A stretch of DNA of 64,000 nucleotides from Lophium mytilinum. Lineage: Eukaryota. Positions 37,587-51,103 of the stretch are shown here, piece by piece; positions within the stretch are counted from its first letter, which is position 1, and every line of letters starts with the position of its first letter. A program made the position numbers and the translations under genes. The notes beneath the pieces are model-generated. The model ran no database searches, was not told where the DNA came from, and saw only the letters and a list, made by a program, of their open reading frames with translations. The DNA is taken from positions 558,001-622,000 of the forward strand of contig MU004199.1 in NCBI GenBank assembly GCA_010093605.1, in the 5' to 3' direction.

Positions 37587-39081
37587 ATGCCTTCTCACCA
37601 ACCCGTTGCCGGCATGTCCGCCGTCGACCCCGAATTCCTGTCTTCACAGCCCTCCAGCATGGCCTCCAAGTCGGAGCCAAACCGCAATCCCAACTACGAC
37701 CCGAAGAAGCCTCACATTACCGACACGCCCATGACACGGAAGAACTGGTACAAGCACGTCGATTGGTTAAACGTACGCAAACCCCATGCCAATTGCGAAG
37801 AATTCTACTAACAATCCCCAGACATTCTTCATCATCGGCATCCCAATGATGGGCCTCGTCGCCGCCTGGTGGACCCCACTACAATTCAAGACCGCTATCT
37901 GGACTGTCATTTACTACTTCTGGACCGGTCTCGGAATCACAGCTGGCTACCACAGGCTCTGGGCACACAAGTCGTATAGCGCTACTCTGCCCCTGCAGAT
38001 CTTCCTCGCTGCCGTGGGTGGTGGCGCCGTCGAGGGCTCCATCCGATGGTGGAGCCGTGGCCACCGCGCTCACCATCGCTACACCGACACCGTCAAGGAC
38101 CCCTACAGCGTCCGCAAGGGCCTCATGTACAGCCACATCGGCTGGATGGTCATGAAGCAGAACCCCAAGCGAATTGGCCGCACCGACATCAGCGACCTGA
38201 ACGACGACCCCGTTGTTGTTTGGCAGCACAAGAACTACATCAAGGTCGTTCTCTTCATGGGACTGATCTTCCCGACTCTCGTTGCTGGTATCGGCTGGGG
38301 TGATTGGTGGGGTGGATATATCTACGCTGGTATCCTGCGCATTTTCTTCGTCCAACAGGCCACTTTCTGCGTCAACTCGCTTGCCCACTGGCTCGGCGAC
38401 CAGCCCTTTGACGACCGCAACTCTCCCCGCGACCATCTCATCACTGCTCTCGTCACCCTCGGCGAAGGTTACCACAACTTCCACCACGAGTTCCCGTCCG
38501 ACTACCGTAACGCCATTGAGTGGTTCCAGTATGACCCTACCAAGTGGTCCATCGCCATGTGGAGCAAGCTCGGCCTCGCCTACGACTTGAAGCAGTTCCG
38601 CTCCAACGAGATCGAGAAGGGCCGCGTGCAACAGAAGCAAAAGAAGCTCGACCAGCAGCGCTCCAAGCTCGACTGGGGTGTGCCCCTTGACCAGCTCCCA
38701 GTCGTCGAGTGGGAGGATTACGTCGAGCAGGTCGCCAACGGCCGCGGTCTCGTCGCCGTCGCTGGTGTCGTCCACGACGTATCTGACTTCATTCGCGAGC
38801 ACCCCGGTGGAAAGGCGCTGATCAAATCCGGCCTCGGCAAGGACGCGACCGCCATGTTCAACGGCGGCGTCTACAACCACTCCAACGCCGCCCACAACCT
38901 CCTCTCCACCATGAGAGTCGGCGTCATCCGCGGCGGCTGCGAAGTCGAGATCTGGAAGCGTGCCCAGCGGGAAAACAAAGACGTCCAGTTCGTCAAGGAC
39001 GACCAAGGACAGAAGATCATCCGGGCCGGCAACCAGATCACCAAGATCGAGCAGCCCATTGTCAGCGCTAGCGCTGCGTAG
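37587..39081 (+). CDS. OLE1: Delta-9 acyl-CoA desaturase with C-terminal cytochrome b5 domain
   Basis: His boxes HRLWAH, HRAHH and HNFHH, plus the b5 motif HPGG. Intron at 37773-37820. Confidence 0.97.
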
Positions 39082-39566
39082 GCTGGGCCTCTTCCTCTGA
39101 TCTCATTTCCTTGTTGTCAATCATCATGCGGCTGAGCGTTCTGGGGCGTTTTTAGGGATTAGGGGCATTACATTTTGGGGCGGGAGCGACTGGTTATTTT
39201 CTGTTCTTGCTCTCGCTAGATGGGGACCAGCGATGACTGGTTTAGTTAGACCGCAGGACTTTTGCCCAGATTGGGCAGTGTTTTTGACGACTTTCTTGGG
39301 TCGATTGGGATGAGAAAATGGCGATTATGCCTTGCAATGAAGAAATACCTTTACCTTAACAAAACCGCATCTCATATGTCTTCGTGAAGTGAAATAACCC
39401 TGGCTACCCATCCCTCATACTCACCCAAGCCATCCCTCGTAAAACACAGTCTAGCAGTCACGCACACATACATCACTAGCAAATTCCGCATCTTCGTCCT
39501 AGTAGTTGGTAGCTCGCAATCCGTTCTTCATAAGGTCTGGTAATACACTATTCCCCCGCGAACCGT

Positions 39567-40057
39567 CTACTTCAGCTCCGCCGGCACCGTATCCTTCAGC
39601 CCGTGCTTGCTAACCAGCTCGTCCACTTTGGCGACATACGCCTTCTCCGCATCCGCGGGCTTGACGCCCTCGTTGACGTATTTTTCCCACTTGTTGCGCT
39701 TGGCTTTGCCCTGTGGAAGCTGTTAGACTCGTGCTGCTGGCGGGTGAGGGGTTTCGGAAGGAGGGGGGATGTATGTATGTTATAGGGGTGCATAGGGGGA
39801 ACGGCGTACGGCGAGGTCGAACATGCCCGGCTTCGGGGTGGAGGCGAGGTCTTTCTCGGCGCGGGCGATGACGGCGTAGGCGTAGAGCTAGAGGTGGGAT
39901 GGGAGTGTCAGCTTCTACTTTCTCTTCGGATGAGGGGGCAGTTGGAGGGAAGGAAAGGGGGGGTAGTTACGTCTAGCATGTCGTCGTTGCTGGCGTTTTG
40001 CAGGTAGGTCGCTTTCTTGTACGCCTTTTCGAAGGCGGGGCCGGGGGTGCGGGCCAT
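39567..40057 (-). CDS. Acyl-CoA-binding protein (absent from the ORF track; three exons)
   Basis: Spliced reading MARTPGPAFEKAY...SNDDMLD|LYAYAVIA...KPGMFDLA|GKAKRNKW...AEKAYVAKVDEL. Confidence 0.85.
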
Positions 40058-40677
40058 GGTTTGTGGGTGGGTTGGGGGTTCGGAGAGGGGTCTTGGGGGA
40101 GATGGCTTGGAGGAGCTGGAGCTGGAGATGGTTCGAATTTGCGGTTTGGAGGTTTGGTGGAATAGGTGGTGATGCTCTGGGACGGAATGTGTTGGGATGG
40201 CGGGGAGGTGCGGGGCTGACGGGCGGATGTCTGGTGACGTATCTGGATTTAAGTTGGGCGTCAGGTGGCTGGGGTGTTCAGGGGGTGGGAGTAGTTTCGT
40301 GTAAGGGTTGGATTTAGTAGGGGTGATGCTTTGTGTGGTTTTGTAGTAGAATAATTAGCAAAGACAACTTGGGCTTGGAAGACGCTGCAGTTCTTGGGTT
40401 GAGCTGTTGTATTGCAGTTTGGTGAGCTTCTTGTATAATGGAAAGACTCATATTCTTAACCATCCCGAAGGTTATAGCATTTTCTTTTGGGTATCCATAA
40501 GGTTCCTCATCTTCATGAGTTGAGTGTAGCATCTAACACGGCTATCAGATTCGGAAGCATACTCCACGCCAGCACAGCCTCCAAACATCATTACACAATC
40601 GAGTTCACCCTTTTCGCTCAGACTATTGTTACATTAGGTTATACATGTTCGGTCTCCATGCTAGTGATCATCGTACA

Positions 40678-41562
40678 TCATCGATATATTTCATCAAACG
40701 GTCTCGTATCCGAGAAACAGCTATCCCAAACCTCGTTCACCACCTTCGCCGCATGCACATCGTCTTTGCATTCCGGCCGTGCCTTGATACTGAGTGTAGC
40801 TCGCCGCCGGACACACTCTTGGAGCTGCTGAGTTATGTTGAACTGGCTTTTGCCGAAGAATTCGCGGGTAAATCGGCATTCGCCGCTGAGGGTTGAGGCG
40901 CGAATCTGAGCAATCGTTAGTTTCACGATATCAGTCGAAAGAGAGAAGGGGCATATTTGATCTAGATCGGATACTCCAGTCTGAGTACGTACCTCAGTGC
41001 AGGCCTGATGCCGCAGGTTTGTCTCGTCGATCTTGAATCTCAAGTAGTCCCACGCGTGTACCAGCTCATGCGATAACGTGTCCTCCAGATGTGAACGGCC
41101 CTTCATGTGGTTCGAACATAGCAGGATCCCGACTTTTGGATTGATTCCTCCCTTGTGCGACTCGGTGCAGCGTTTGCAGTGAATGTTTCCAGCGTGGAGG
41201 TTGCCGCCGAGTTTGGCGACTTCGGATTGGAGGAAGGTAACGGTGGGGCCTGGATAGAGTGTTAGAAGAAGCCTTCACCCTGAGCTTGAAGCGAGGGGCC
41301 TGAGTAGGTTGAGTGTGAGGATGAGAGACATACTGTACTTGAGTAGATAGTCCCGGTAGCTTTCACACTTCTTGCAATCGCGCTCCTCGTTGACGGTGTC
41401 ACGTATTTGGATATACCTGTCCCTATCTCCCGGCTTTCCTCCGCCTGCTAGCAGGGTGAAGAGTGTGGACCATGTGTAAAAAGAGGGATCGAGGTCTGAA
41501 GGATTTGGGGATGCGTCCTCGGTGGTCCGCTGTGGCGGCGATGCGTTGGTGGAGTCCGTCAT
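40678..41562 (-). CDS. ATP23: Mitochondrial inner-membrane metalloprotease Atp23
   Basis: [49 protein letters not shown]. Confidence 0.93.
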
Positions 41563-41870
41563 CTACGGGGCGAAGGGCGTGACTGAGGCAATTGACGACT
41601 GGCGTAAGGCAGTTGGGAAAGATTGTACGATTGTAGATTCCGGAGAGTGGGCAAAGGGCGTGCAGCTTGTCTTTTTCGCGGTCGCGAAGCCGGCGCAAGG
41701 CGCACCCGCGATTGGCTGGGGCCTCGGCGGTGAGCGGGGCAGAGAGGTTATATAAACAAAAAAAGTTGCCCGCGAACTTCGACTCATCCTCCCCCACCAC
41801 AGAACATTGACGAACCTAATACAGCACAAAACAGTTAGACGGACAGAAAGCGAAAGAACGCAAAGCCGCA

Positions 41871-43435
41871 ATGGCAGTGCAGACAGGAAGAGGCTCGGGC
41901 CGCACCATTGTCATCAAACTTGGTACATTGCAATTCGCAGTGGCGGCCCTTTTATGATTGTTCTAAAAAATATCTCAGGTACAAGCTCCATTGTTGACGA
42001 GAAAACCCACGAACCTATCTTCCCAATTCTCAATGTTGTTGTCGATACTTGTTGCCAGCTCCGCAAAGATGGCTTTAACGTCGTACTCGTCTCCTCCGGC
42101 GCCATCGGGACTGGCCTACGACGAATGAATATGGACCGTAGACCGAAACACCTCCCCCAAGTTCAAGCGATCGCAGCGATTGGCCAATGTCGGCTCATGA
42201 GTCAATGGGACAGACTGTTCCATGAACGGGGACAGCCTGTAGCTCAGATCTTGCTAACCCGCAACGACATCGCGGACCGCACCCAATACCAGAATGCCCA
42301 GGCGACGTTCACCGCGCTATTCAAAATGAACGTTATCCCAATCGTCAACGAGAATGATACTCTCGCCGTCACGGAGATCAAGTTTGGCGACAACGACACC
42401 CTTTCTGCCATCACCGCTGGCATGGTCCAGGCAGACTACCTATTCCTGATGACAGACGTCGACTGCCTCTACGACAAGAATCCGCGATCAAACCCAGATG
42501 CTAAAGCCATAGAAGTCGTGGAGAGCATCGAGGATCTCGAAGCGGACGTCTCTAGCGCTGGTTCAGCACTTGGGACTGGCGGGATGTCGACCAAGATAGT
42601 GGCTGCTCGATACGCCACCTCCGCAGGCGTCACAACAGTGATAACACGGTCCTCGAAGCCTGGGAACATTCCCGCGATCGTCTCATACATCGAGTCGCAA
42701 CGATCTGCCCATCCTTCTCCGCGCCTTCATCCCACCGATGACTCGTCTCTGGCCCAGACTGCTGTGCTGAACGTCGCCCATACCACCTCTTCGAGAGTCC
42801 CCTCGCGAGCCCCATCGAGAGCCCCCTCGAGAAGTTCCTCTCCCACCCAGACAGCCGTCGCTCCCTTGCACACACGTTTCCTCCCGAACCCTCACCCAAT
42901 CCGAGATCGCCACTTTTGGCTCCTCTACAGCCTCGCACCGCACGGTACCATCTACATCGACGAAGGCGCATGGGTGAAGATGTCCGGCACATCAACACGC
43001 AATCTCCTCCCTGCCGGTGTCGTTGGCGTTGATGGAAATTTCGGACAGCAAGAAGCGGTGAGGGTTGTCGTAGTCCAGAGATATCCGACCACAGACCCTG
43101 CTCCACACGTCCACGCCCGTGCCAATGCCTCTGGGACCTCCACGCCGACATCTACACCGTCCTCCATGCCCCTCGCCCATCACTCATCCGCGAAGGCAAC
43201 GGTGACGTGGGAAGAGCACAACCCGGCCCCTAAAGAGGTTGGTCGCGCGCTCGTCAACTACTCGGCTGCAGAGATTCGGAAGATCAGAGGACTCAAGAGC
43301 ACGGATATTCATGAAGCGCTGGGATATGCGGACAGCTCGTATGTTGCATTGCGGGGCAACATTGCATTCTACGAAGACAAGAAGAGTAGGCCGGCGACGC
43401 CGGCTCTGGTGGATGGCGGCGATGGGCTCGACTGA
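41871..43435 (+). CDS. PRO1: Glutamate 5-kinase with PUA domain
   Basis: TIVIKLG|TSSI across intron 41923-41978, then VSSGAI, PIVNEND, FGDNDTLSA, GTGGMSTK and LLPAGV. Confidence 0.95.
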
Positions 43436-44295
43436 AGCAGCTAGGAACAACGAGACGTGTGCTACACCTGGTAAGTGCGAATTTTTCATTTCAGTATGAG
43501 TTTTCTATGCATTTTCCTGGCGTGTGGAGGCAAAAGGATTCGGAAACGGTGAATTTGTTGCTTATTGCCTCACGGCCAGCAAAACGGGCGAACTAATGGG
43601 TGGGAGTTTGGGCCTGGAGATGGTGGTTCTGCATGCTGCTTAAATGCCTTGAGGGGCTCTTAAAGGTTTGACACGCCGGCGACGGTCATACAAAATGGTT
43701 CGGGATTCGGGTTTTCTTCTAACTAATACAACTCTCTGCTTCAGATTGAACTCCTCTGATTGTGACATTGCGCTTGTGGAAAAGAATTTGAGGCCATCCA
43801 AGAGTTTTCATCGTTTCCGCTCCGTTGGTGTCCATTTCCGGAGGCGTCCAACTAGGTCCTTTCGAATTTGCTACAGTACTAGGCCATAAGTTCTGGCACA
43901 AGTATATCACTGCTCTAGTGTCGCATTTGCAAGCTGGACGCCACTGTCAGGGGCAGCTCAATCGCGAGAATATCTCTCAGCCAAACAACAAATTTCGTAC
44001 CGTACATAAGCGGAATGTTCTACCTCTTACCCCCTCGAAGGCTCTGTAGCTAGGAGCGACCTAACGATCCAAAATCCGTACTCCAAAGCGGGATGAAAAA
44101 CGCCAAACCCGAGCCTATGGGATGCATTGGCCGCGAAGCCAGAGAAGAGTGTTCTTTCTTTGGTACACCACCGCCTCCACCCGCCCGCCAAACGGTCATA
44201 TGTACGTCTAACACGACAACATCCGCCTCCTGAGAAAACTTCCCGACGACACACACGACCGAGCTCAACCCAGCCTGCCAACCCACCTACCCGCC

Positions 44296-45882
44296 TTACC
44301 GCAACGCCTCCGCCTCCTCCGCCTGCACATACGCCGAGTCCCGAAAGTCCTCTTCCACGCTGCTACTCGCCTCGCTCTCATCCGTCGTCGCGGTCCTCGC
44401 CTTCCGGTACGTCGTCGGCAGCACCTCCTCGGGATCCTCCACCTCCCTCTCCCCAGGCTCCCGCCCCTTCTCCCGCCACCGCCCGAAGAAATCATCCGTC
44501 CGCAAGCCCCTCACCTCGCTCGCCCTCACCCCGCCCCGCAGCCCGCCCGCGCCCTCGGCCTTCTTGCGGCGGATGTACTCGCGCACCGGCCCCATAGCCG
44601 CGTCCCTGCACGCCTCCTTGATGTCACTGCCGCTCATGCCGGCGGACACACGGACGAGGTAGTCGAGGTCGAAGCTCGCGGCGTCGATTTTCGTGCCGCG
44701 CAGGATGAGGGTGAAGATGTTTGCGCGCTGGGAGGCGGAGGGGAGGGCGACGGGGAATTTCTTGGGCATGCGGCGGAGGATGGCGTCGTCGATGTCTTGG
44801 ATGCGGTTCGTGGCGCCGAGGATGCAGATGCGTTGGGGCGTGGTGCTGCCGGGGCGGGAGGAGGAGGAGAGGCCGTCCCAGTGGGTCATGAATCTAGAGA
44901 CGCGGCCGTGTTAGCTTGGTGGGGTTGGGTTTTGGGGGAAGGGGAAGAAGGTGGACGTACTCGGCCTTCACCATCCCGCTCGCTTCGTGCTCGCCGCTTC
45001 GCCGTTGGCCGAGGACCGCGTCTATTTCGTCGATGAAGACGATGCTGGGTTGGAGTTTCCGGGCTAGGCTGAAGACGGCGTTGACGAGCTTGTTGCTGTC
45101 ACCGTACCACTTTTCCGTGAGAGTTGAGATGTGCAGGTTGATAAAACAGGCGCCGGATTCGTGTGCTAGGGCTTTCGCGAGCATGGTCTTGCCGCAACCT
45201 GGGGGACCGTAGAGTAGAACGCCTGAGGGAGCGGAGAGAAGAGACGAGGAGTGTGCGTAGAGGTGGGGCATGGTGAGCGGGTATATAACGGATTCTTTAA
45301 GTTCTTCGATTATGGAGTCGAGGCCGCCGATGTCTGTTACTTCGAGTTAGCAGATGTACAGTTTATCTTTTTCACCTCCCCCAAAACAGCTTTGCCGCTA
45401 GCAGCACAAGTGAGGGCCACCCCAAGTACCAATTCTCCTCGTCCCAAATGCTAGCAAAGTGAGGAGGAAGAAGCCAATCCATACCTTCAAATGTCACCGG
45501 TATCTCCTCCGGCGCCACAACCTCCATCGCAATCGTCTGCTCGTACGGCGTCAAGACCAGGTCCTCCTTCCGTGGCCGCCTCTGGCTGCTATCATAGTCC
45601 TCATCGTCCGAGTCGTAGTGCGCCTTGTTCTCGAGAATCGAACTGAGCTTCTGCGACGCCGCGCTGGCCTTCTCCTTCGCCTTCTCCCGCTCCTGCGCGT
45701 CCGGGTCCAGCTTTGATATTATGCCGCGCACGATGAAGTAGGCCATGATCGGCTGTTCTCAATCCATTAGTGTCTGAGCCGTGCAACTAATGCGAATGCG
45801 TGAGTGAATGCGGACATACCGCGGCGACGACCATGAGCACATCTGGTAGGTAGGAGAGCGTAGACCGCTTATTGCTACTCAT
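44296..45882 (-). CDS. MSP1: Membrane AAA ATPase Msp1/ATAD1
   Basis: N-terminal anchor, [57 protein letters not shown]. Confidence 0.93.
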
Positions 45883-46132
45883 GGCGCCGGAGGTCAATAC
45901 CCAGCGCGTCGAGCGAGGTGTAGAATTAAGAATAGAGAGGGCGGAGGGGAGAAACGGGCTTCATAGGTGTCGGTGGAGAGGTTGGAGTTGCTAGACCGCT
46001 GTCAACGACGTTCGACGCCACTCCTCTGATGTGGCACCAGAAACGCAAAGCCGCGGGAAAGAAACGACTCCACTTCGAGCTCCACCACATGCTGCGACAA
46101 CAACCTCCGCCAATGTGACGACTTCCAACACC

Positions 46133-47020
46133 ATGACTGCTCTCCGCCGCCCGCCGCAGCCTATGCGCCTCGAGAATCTACGGGCCTCTTGTTTGAGACG
46201 GCCGGTTCGACGCTCTACGCTTCCCCGCGCGCTCTTCGTGCGGAGCTTCGCGGCGCAACGAAGCTTGAAAGCTGCGTCGCCCAGCTCCAGCACGCCCTCC
46301 TCCGGCCGCAAGCATGTCACAGTGGTGAACGACGACGGGCGCGTACGGTGGGGCGCGCTCAGTAAAACCGAGAAAGTAGCTAGGACGACGCAGCAGACGT
46401 TCAATCTAGGCATCGTGCTGCTGGGAGTGGTGATGACGGTATGCTTGACCCCTCGAGGTACCCCCTTGCGCATCCTGCAGGCTTGGGCTTGGAGGATTAT
46501 ATTTCATAAGTTAGTGAATCTAATAAGACATCCAGGGCGCCGTCTTCGCCCTCCTCTATACCGAAGTCTTCTCCCTCGACAGCAAGACCGCCCACTTCAA
46601 CCGCGCCACCGACCAGATCCGCCGCGACCGGCGCTGCGTCGAGCTGCTCGGCGACTCGAAACATATCAAGGCCTACGGCGAGCCAAGCTGGAGCCGGTGG
46701 GCGAGGAATAGGATTATTGCGTCGTCGACGGAGAAAGATCGGTGGGGAACGGAGCATCTGCGGATGCACTTCTATGTTGAGGGCCCGAAGAACCAGGGCG
46801 TAGTCAATATCCATATGACGAAGAAGCCGAGTCAGGATGAGTACGAGTATAAGGTGCTGGCTGTGGATGTTAAGGGTGAGTGGAGCCTCTTTTGGGACTT
46901 AAGTCACTTGTTCTGGTTTTGTTAACGAGATTAGGGCATCAAAGGATATACTTAGAGAACGCGGATGCGAAAGACACTGGAAAAAGTTCATCTAAGTTCT
47001 TAGGGGTCCGCTGGTGGTAG
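46133..47020 (+). CDS. TIM21: Mitochondrial import translocase subunit Tim21
   Basis: R-rich presequence, VTVVNDDGRVRW, a single TM segment, IKAYGE, EHLRMHFYVEG, ending FLGVRWW. Start codon uncertain (46133 or 46163). Confidence 0.88.
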
Positions 47021-47620
47021 ATGAAATACCCTGAAAGAAGCAAAGATAGCTTTGAGGTGTCTATAGGGCATACAGTGACAGGCAGGCTATAACTCTGCAC
47101 AATCATTTGCCACGTCTAGGGGTGCCCCCTTGGGGTGACCACAACGTAGGCGTCATGTCAAAGTTCAACCAGCGTGATCTGAGCTTCGATTTGCCTCAGA
47201 TATTTTTGCGATCGAGTCACCCCTGAGAGTGGTGTCCAGCTTGCAAATGCACCACTCAAGCAGCGATATCCTTGTGTCCAAACTTATAGCCTAGTATGTA
47301 GCAAAGCCGAAAAACTTTCGACGGGCAACAGGCCTTGATGTCATCTTCCGGCCTCATTTAGTCAAGTAGAAAGGAGGCTTCAAGCGATCCCAGCAGCGGC
47401 GTCATGTACTCAGAAAATAAAAATAACATTAGGTAAACCCAACCCATCTTCACTACCCTGAACGCCATGGTGCTCAGCTCGCATCCCATCCCCCGATCGG
47501 AACAACACATAATTCTACAGAAGCGCATGCAGAAATGCGCTCAGCAACTCACAAAGCAGCTCGCACACAATACAACCCCTCTCACCCGTTCCCAAGCCTA
47601 CTCTCTCTCGGCTGAATCCT

Positions 47621-49880
47621 TTAATCCACCTTTCCCCCAGCTCCACCACCTAATAGCCCGTCCTTCTCGTTGAGCTGGAAGTACCCGCCACTTCCCCACA
47701 CCCTCCCTTTCCTGATCCGGCCGCGTCCCCACACGCCCACGGCGCCGAGGAAGCCGAGCAGCACACCGACGGCGAGCCAGGGGTGCGAGCCGAAGACGCC
47801 GCGCAGCTGGAAGAAGAAGCGCTCGATAGCGCCGGTAGTGGATTTCGGGGTGATTCTAGGCGGGGAGGTGACAATGCTCTTAAGAGTTTCGAGGATGGAG
47901 GTACGCGAAGGGCGGATTGGGTCGCCGTTGATAGTCAAGTCCCAGTATTTGCGGTTCTGGGGCAACATGTTAGTAAAAAGGGGGTAACATAATTGAAACA
48001 GGTGGAAGCCGCAGGTGGAAGCAACTCACGTCTTCGTCGTTAATAACGACTTTCTCGCCGTCCTTGACCGAGATGCCATAGGTAGTACGAATCCAACGCT
48101 CCCAGAACACGCCATCGACCCACGCAAAGCCGACGTTCTTGTGCTCAACCTCGTCCATGTTGATGCGGATGCTCTTCGCGGCTCGTAGCGCGCGCTGATC
48201 GTTGCGGTCTTCGGCTTCTTCGATGCGGAGTTGTTTCGCGTTGCGGAGTTCCTGGCGCTCGAGCTGGAACATCTGCGTTTGCTTGTCGATCCACTCCATA
48301 GCTGCGTTCTTGATCTCGCGCTTGGAGAGAATGAACTCGTCGGAGCGTTCGCGGGACAGAATGCCGAGGACGACGAGCTTGCCGTCCATGATTTCACGCG
48401 CGTTGGAGGAGGTCAGCTCGGGGACGATGGGGAGCCAGACGGATTTCATCCAGGTGAGGACTTTGCGGTGGTCGCGTAGGTCTTTGGGAGCGAGTGGGGT
48501 GTAGTAGCTTGGTTTGCCGTCGCGGGAGACCATGAAGCGGGGCCAGGTGGAGATCTGGAAGCGCTCGGATAGACGGGGGTCGTTGGTCTTGACGAGCTTT
48601 GCGTGGCCGATCAAGCTCAGGGTGAGGCGTTCTAGGGCCTGGAAGTCCTCGCTGGTGGTTGCATGGTCGTAGAAGTAGAGGAAGATGACTTCTTCGGTCT
48701 CCTCCATCTCCGCAAAGGAGTCGAAGTCAACGTCCGTAACACCAGATCCAATGTCAACAGCTTTGTTGACGAAATCAAGCAGGTCACCGATTCCACGGAG
48801 GCCACTGTACTCAACGCGCTCTCCGCCCCTGAAGAAGAAAAGGGTCGGGTAGCCTTTCACCTTTGCATCCTTGCAGAGTCTTTTTTCAACATCGCAGTTG
48901 ACCTCTCCGATGTTCAACCTGCCTTGCATTTCTCTGCTCATTTGTGCCCAATTAGGGGCCATAGCTTGGCAGTGATGGCACCAAGGGGCATAAAACTTAA
49001 CAAACCACGGGTCGCGTGAGTTCGTAACGAGCTTCTGGAACTTTTCAGCAGTCAGGGCAACGGATACCCCAGATGGGTTAGGTGTGGCTTTGGCCTTTGT
49101 TGGCTCTCCCTTTGAAGGTGCTGTAGGTGTGGCCAGTTCCATGTGCTTCGAGGCTGCGGCGGAACCAGCGGCAGGGTCTTTGTCTTTTTCCTCTGCAACT
49201 TTTGGCTTGGCCTCCGGGTCTACTCCCTTGGCGCCAACTTCGGGAAGGGCAGGGCCGTCCGCAGGTCGGGATCCAGGGCGGATTGTCTCGAGGGTTTCTT
49301 CCACCCATTTGCTTAGATCCTGGAGTGTCTGTTCTCCTACGACTTTCTTGACTTCTTCGCCATCTTTATAGAGGGCAATGGTTGGGAAGTTCTCAACGTT
49401 CTTTGCAGAGCAGGTATCCCTATACGCTATACAGTCCATCCTGGCGAATTTGAAGTTGTAGTAGCGGGTGAAAGAATTGAGAGCGTCGGAGCTCTTCTGG
49501 GCACCGAGAGGTTTCGAAGTGTAATAGTATTCGTAGAGAGTTTGCCATGTTGGTTTGAACCTCATACAGTGGTGGCACTTTGGGGAGAAGTATTCAACAA
49601 GCCTAGCACATGTCAATTACAGATCGAGACTATCTGAGGGACAAAATTACCAGTATCCCGTGGGAAGTTCCTTTTCAATGGTTCCTTGCTCGAAATCTGT
49701 CATCGGTGGGACCGTTTGGCCATTAAAAGTAGTATCTGGCGGTACTTCATTAAGGTCGTCGGAAGGCTTCGCGGCCGGCGCTGTTTGTATCTTGACCTCT
49801 TCTGCGATTTCGGTTGGGTCCGCGGCAATGACTGAGGCCACAGTCGCCAGCGATACGAGGGCGTACGAAAGGAAACGCAT
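47621..49880 (-). CDS. Membrane-anchored PDI/thioredoxin-family protein, Eps1-like
   Basis: Signal peptide, FSPKCHHC and FYAPWCHHC thioredoxin motifs, C-terminal TM segment and GKVD ER-retrieval-like end. Confidence 0.88.
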
Positions 49881-50257
49881 GGCGGAGGTGGGGAGGAGAG
49901 GTGGTCCCTGGTGGGTAGGAGGCGGCGATCCCCCGTGAGAGGAGGGCTGCTGGCGGTTGCGCACGCAGGTGGTTGAGGATCAACTAGATACTAAGCGCGG
50001 CAACGGATGCAATGGGGGGCGCAGGGCCGCAATATGGTGAAGGACGAGGGGTAGTCGAGGAGTGAACAAGCGCAGACCTCCTTTGAAGTTGCATATGTAC
50101 GCGGCGGACTTCAACGTTTGGAGATCCAGGAGATCCTCAATTGTCGCTAGCGCACGCGCCAAGAGCCTCGACTCTGACTTCACGTCTCCAGCTCCGGCAT
50201 CCATTACCGCCTCCACCCCCAATTGACCCTCGCCACACCCTCAATTAAATCGCCAGG

Positions 50258-51103
50258 ATGAGGGCTGCATTCCGGTTGCTAGCCAACGTTAAGAGTGCCC
50301 GCTTCCTCGAGCCCGGCGCACCCACCGGCCTCACGGGGCTCTCCACACACCCATCGCCACGGTCAACCCTCATATACCTCTACAGCTCGACACTCGACAA
50401 GCTCCAGCAGATTCCCGAGTCCTCTATATACCGCCAGTCCACCGAGGCACTCACGAAGCACCGGCTAGCCATCGTCGAAGCGCAGAAGCCAGCGGGATTC
50501 GATGCGTGGTTGGAGAAGGTACGCTCCCAGGTCGAGGAAAGCCCGCATTCATTCGAGGGTGTCAAGTTTGGGTCGAAAGGAATTCCCTATGCTGCCACTC
50601 TCCCGATAAAGGGGGAGGAGCGCGATGAGAATGAGGTGGAATGGGATGGTGAGGATCAGGAGCCGCCAATAAGGGAAGGCGCCGGAGAAGTGAATGAGAG
50701 ACGGAACCAGGCAGCACGCTTCGCGGGAAAGAGGCCGTTGACTCCGGAAACAGTGGTGAAGATTGTGACGGACCCGGAACCGCAATTGACGGCGGACGAG
50801 TAGGTTTCCCTCTATCCGAGGTGTTGAGCTGTTGCAAGGGCCGTTACTGATATGTCACAGGATCTCTGATATCGAGAGCCAGATCGGAGCGGGATTGATT
50901 GAAGAGGTTATTCAGGTTGCGCACGGCGAGAACGCATTAGTAGAGAAGATCATAGAGTCAAAAGCGTAAGAACCGTCACCCTAGAAGTTATATCACGTGA
51001 CTAACATAATGATAGATGGGAAAGTCTAGTAGAGCCTTCGCCAGAGGGGCAGTGGTCATACTTCGAGCGCGGGGGAACTCACACGTCGACTCAGAAGCCG
51101 TAA
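50258..51103 (+). CDS. Complex I accessory subunit NDUFA5 (29.9 kDa)
   Basis: PTGLTGL, SIYRQSTEALTKHRL, IESQIGAGLIEEVIQVA, WESLVEPSPEGQWSYF. Two introns. Confidence 0.9.

Noticed and set aside
37879..39006. 375-aa antisense ORF over OLE1 (likewise 8919-9596 over mpdA)
   Set aside because: Shadow ORF caused by strong C-ending codon bias of the sense gene.
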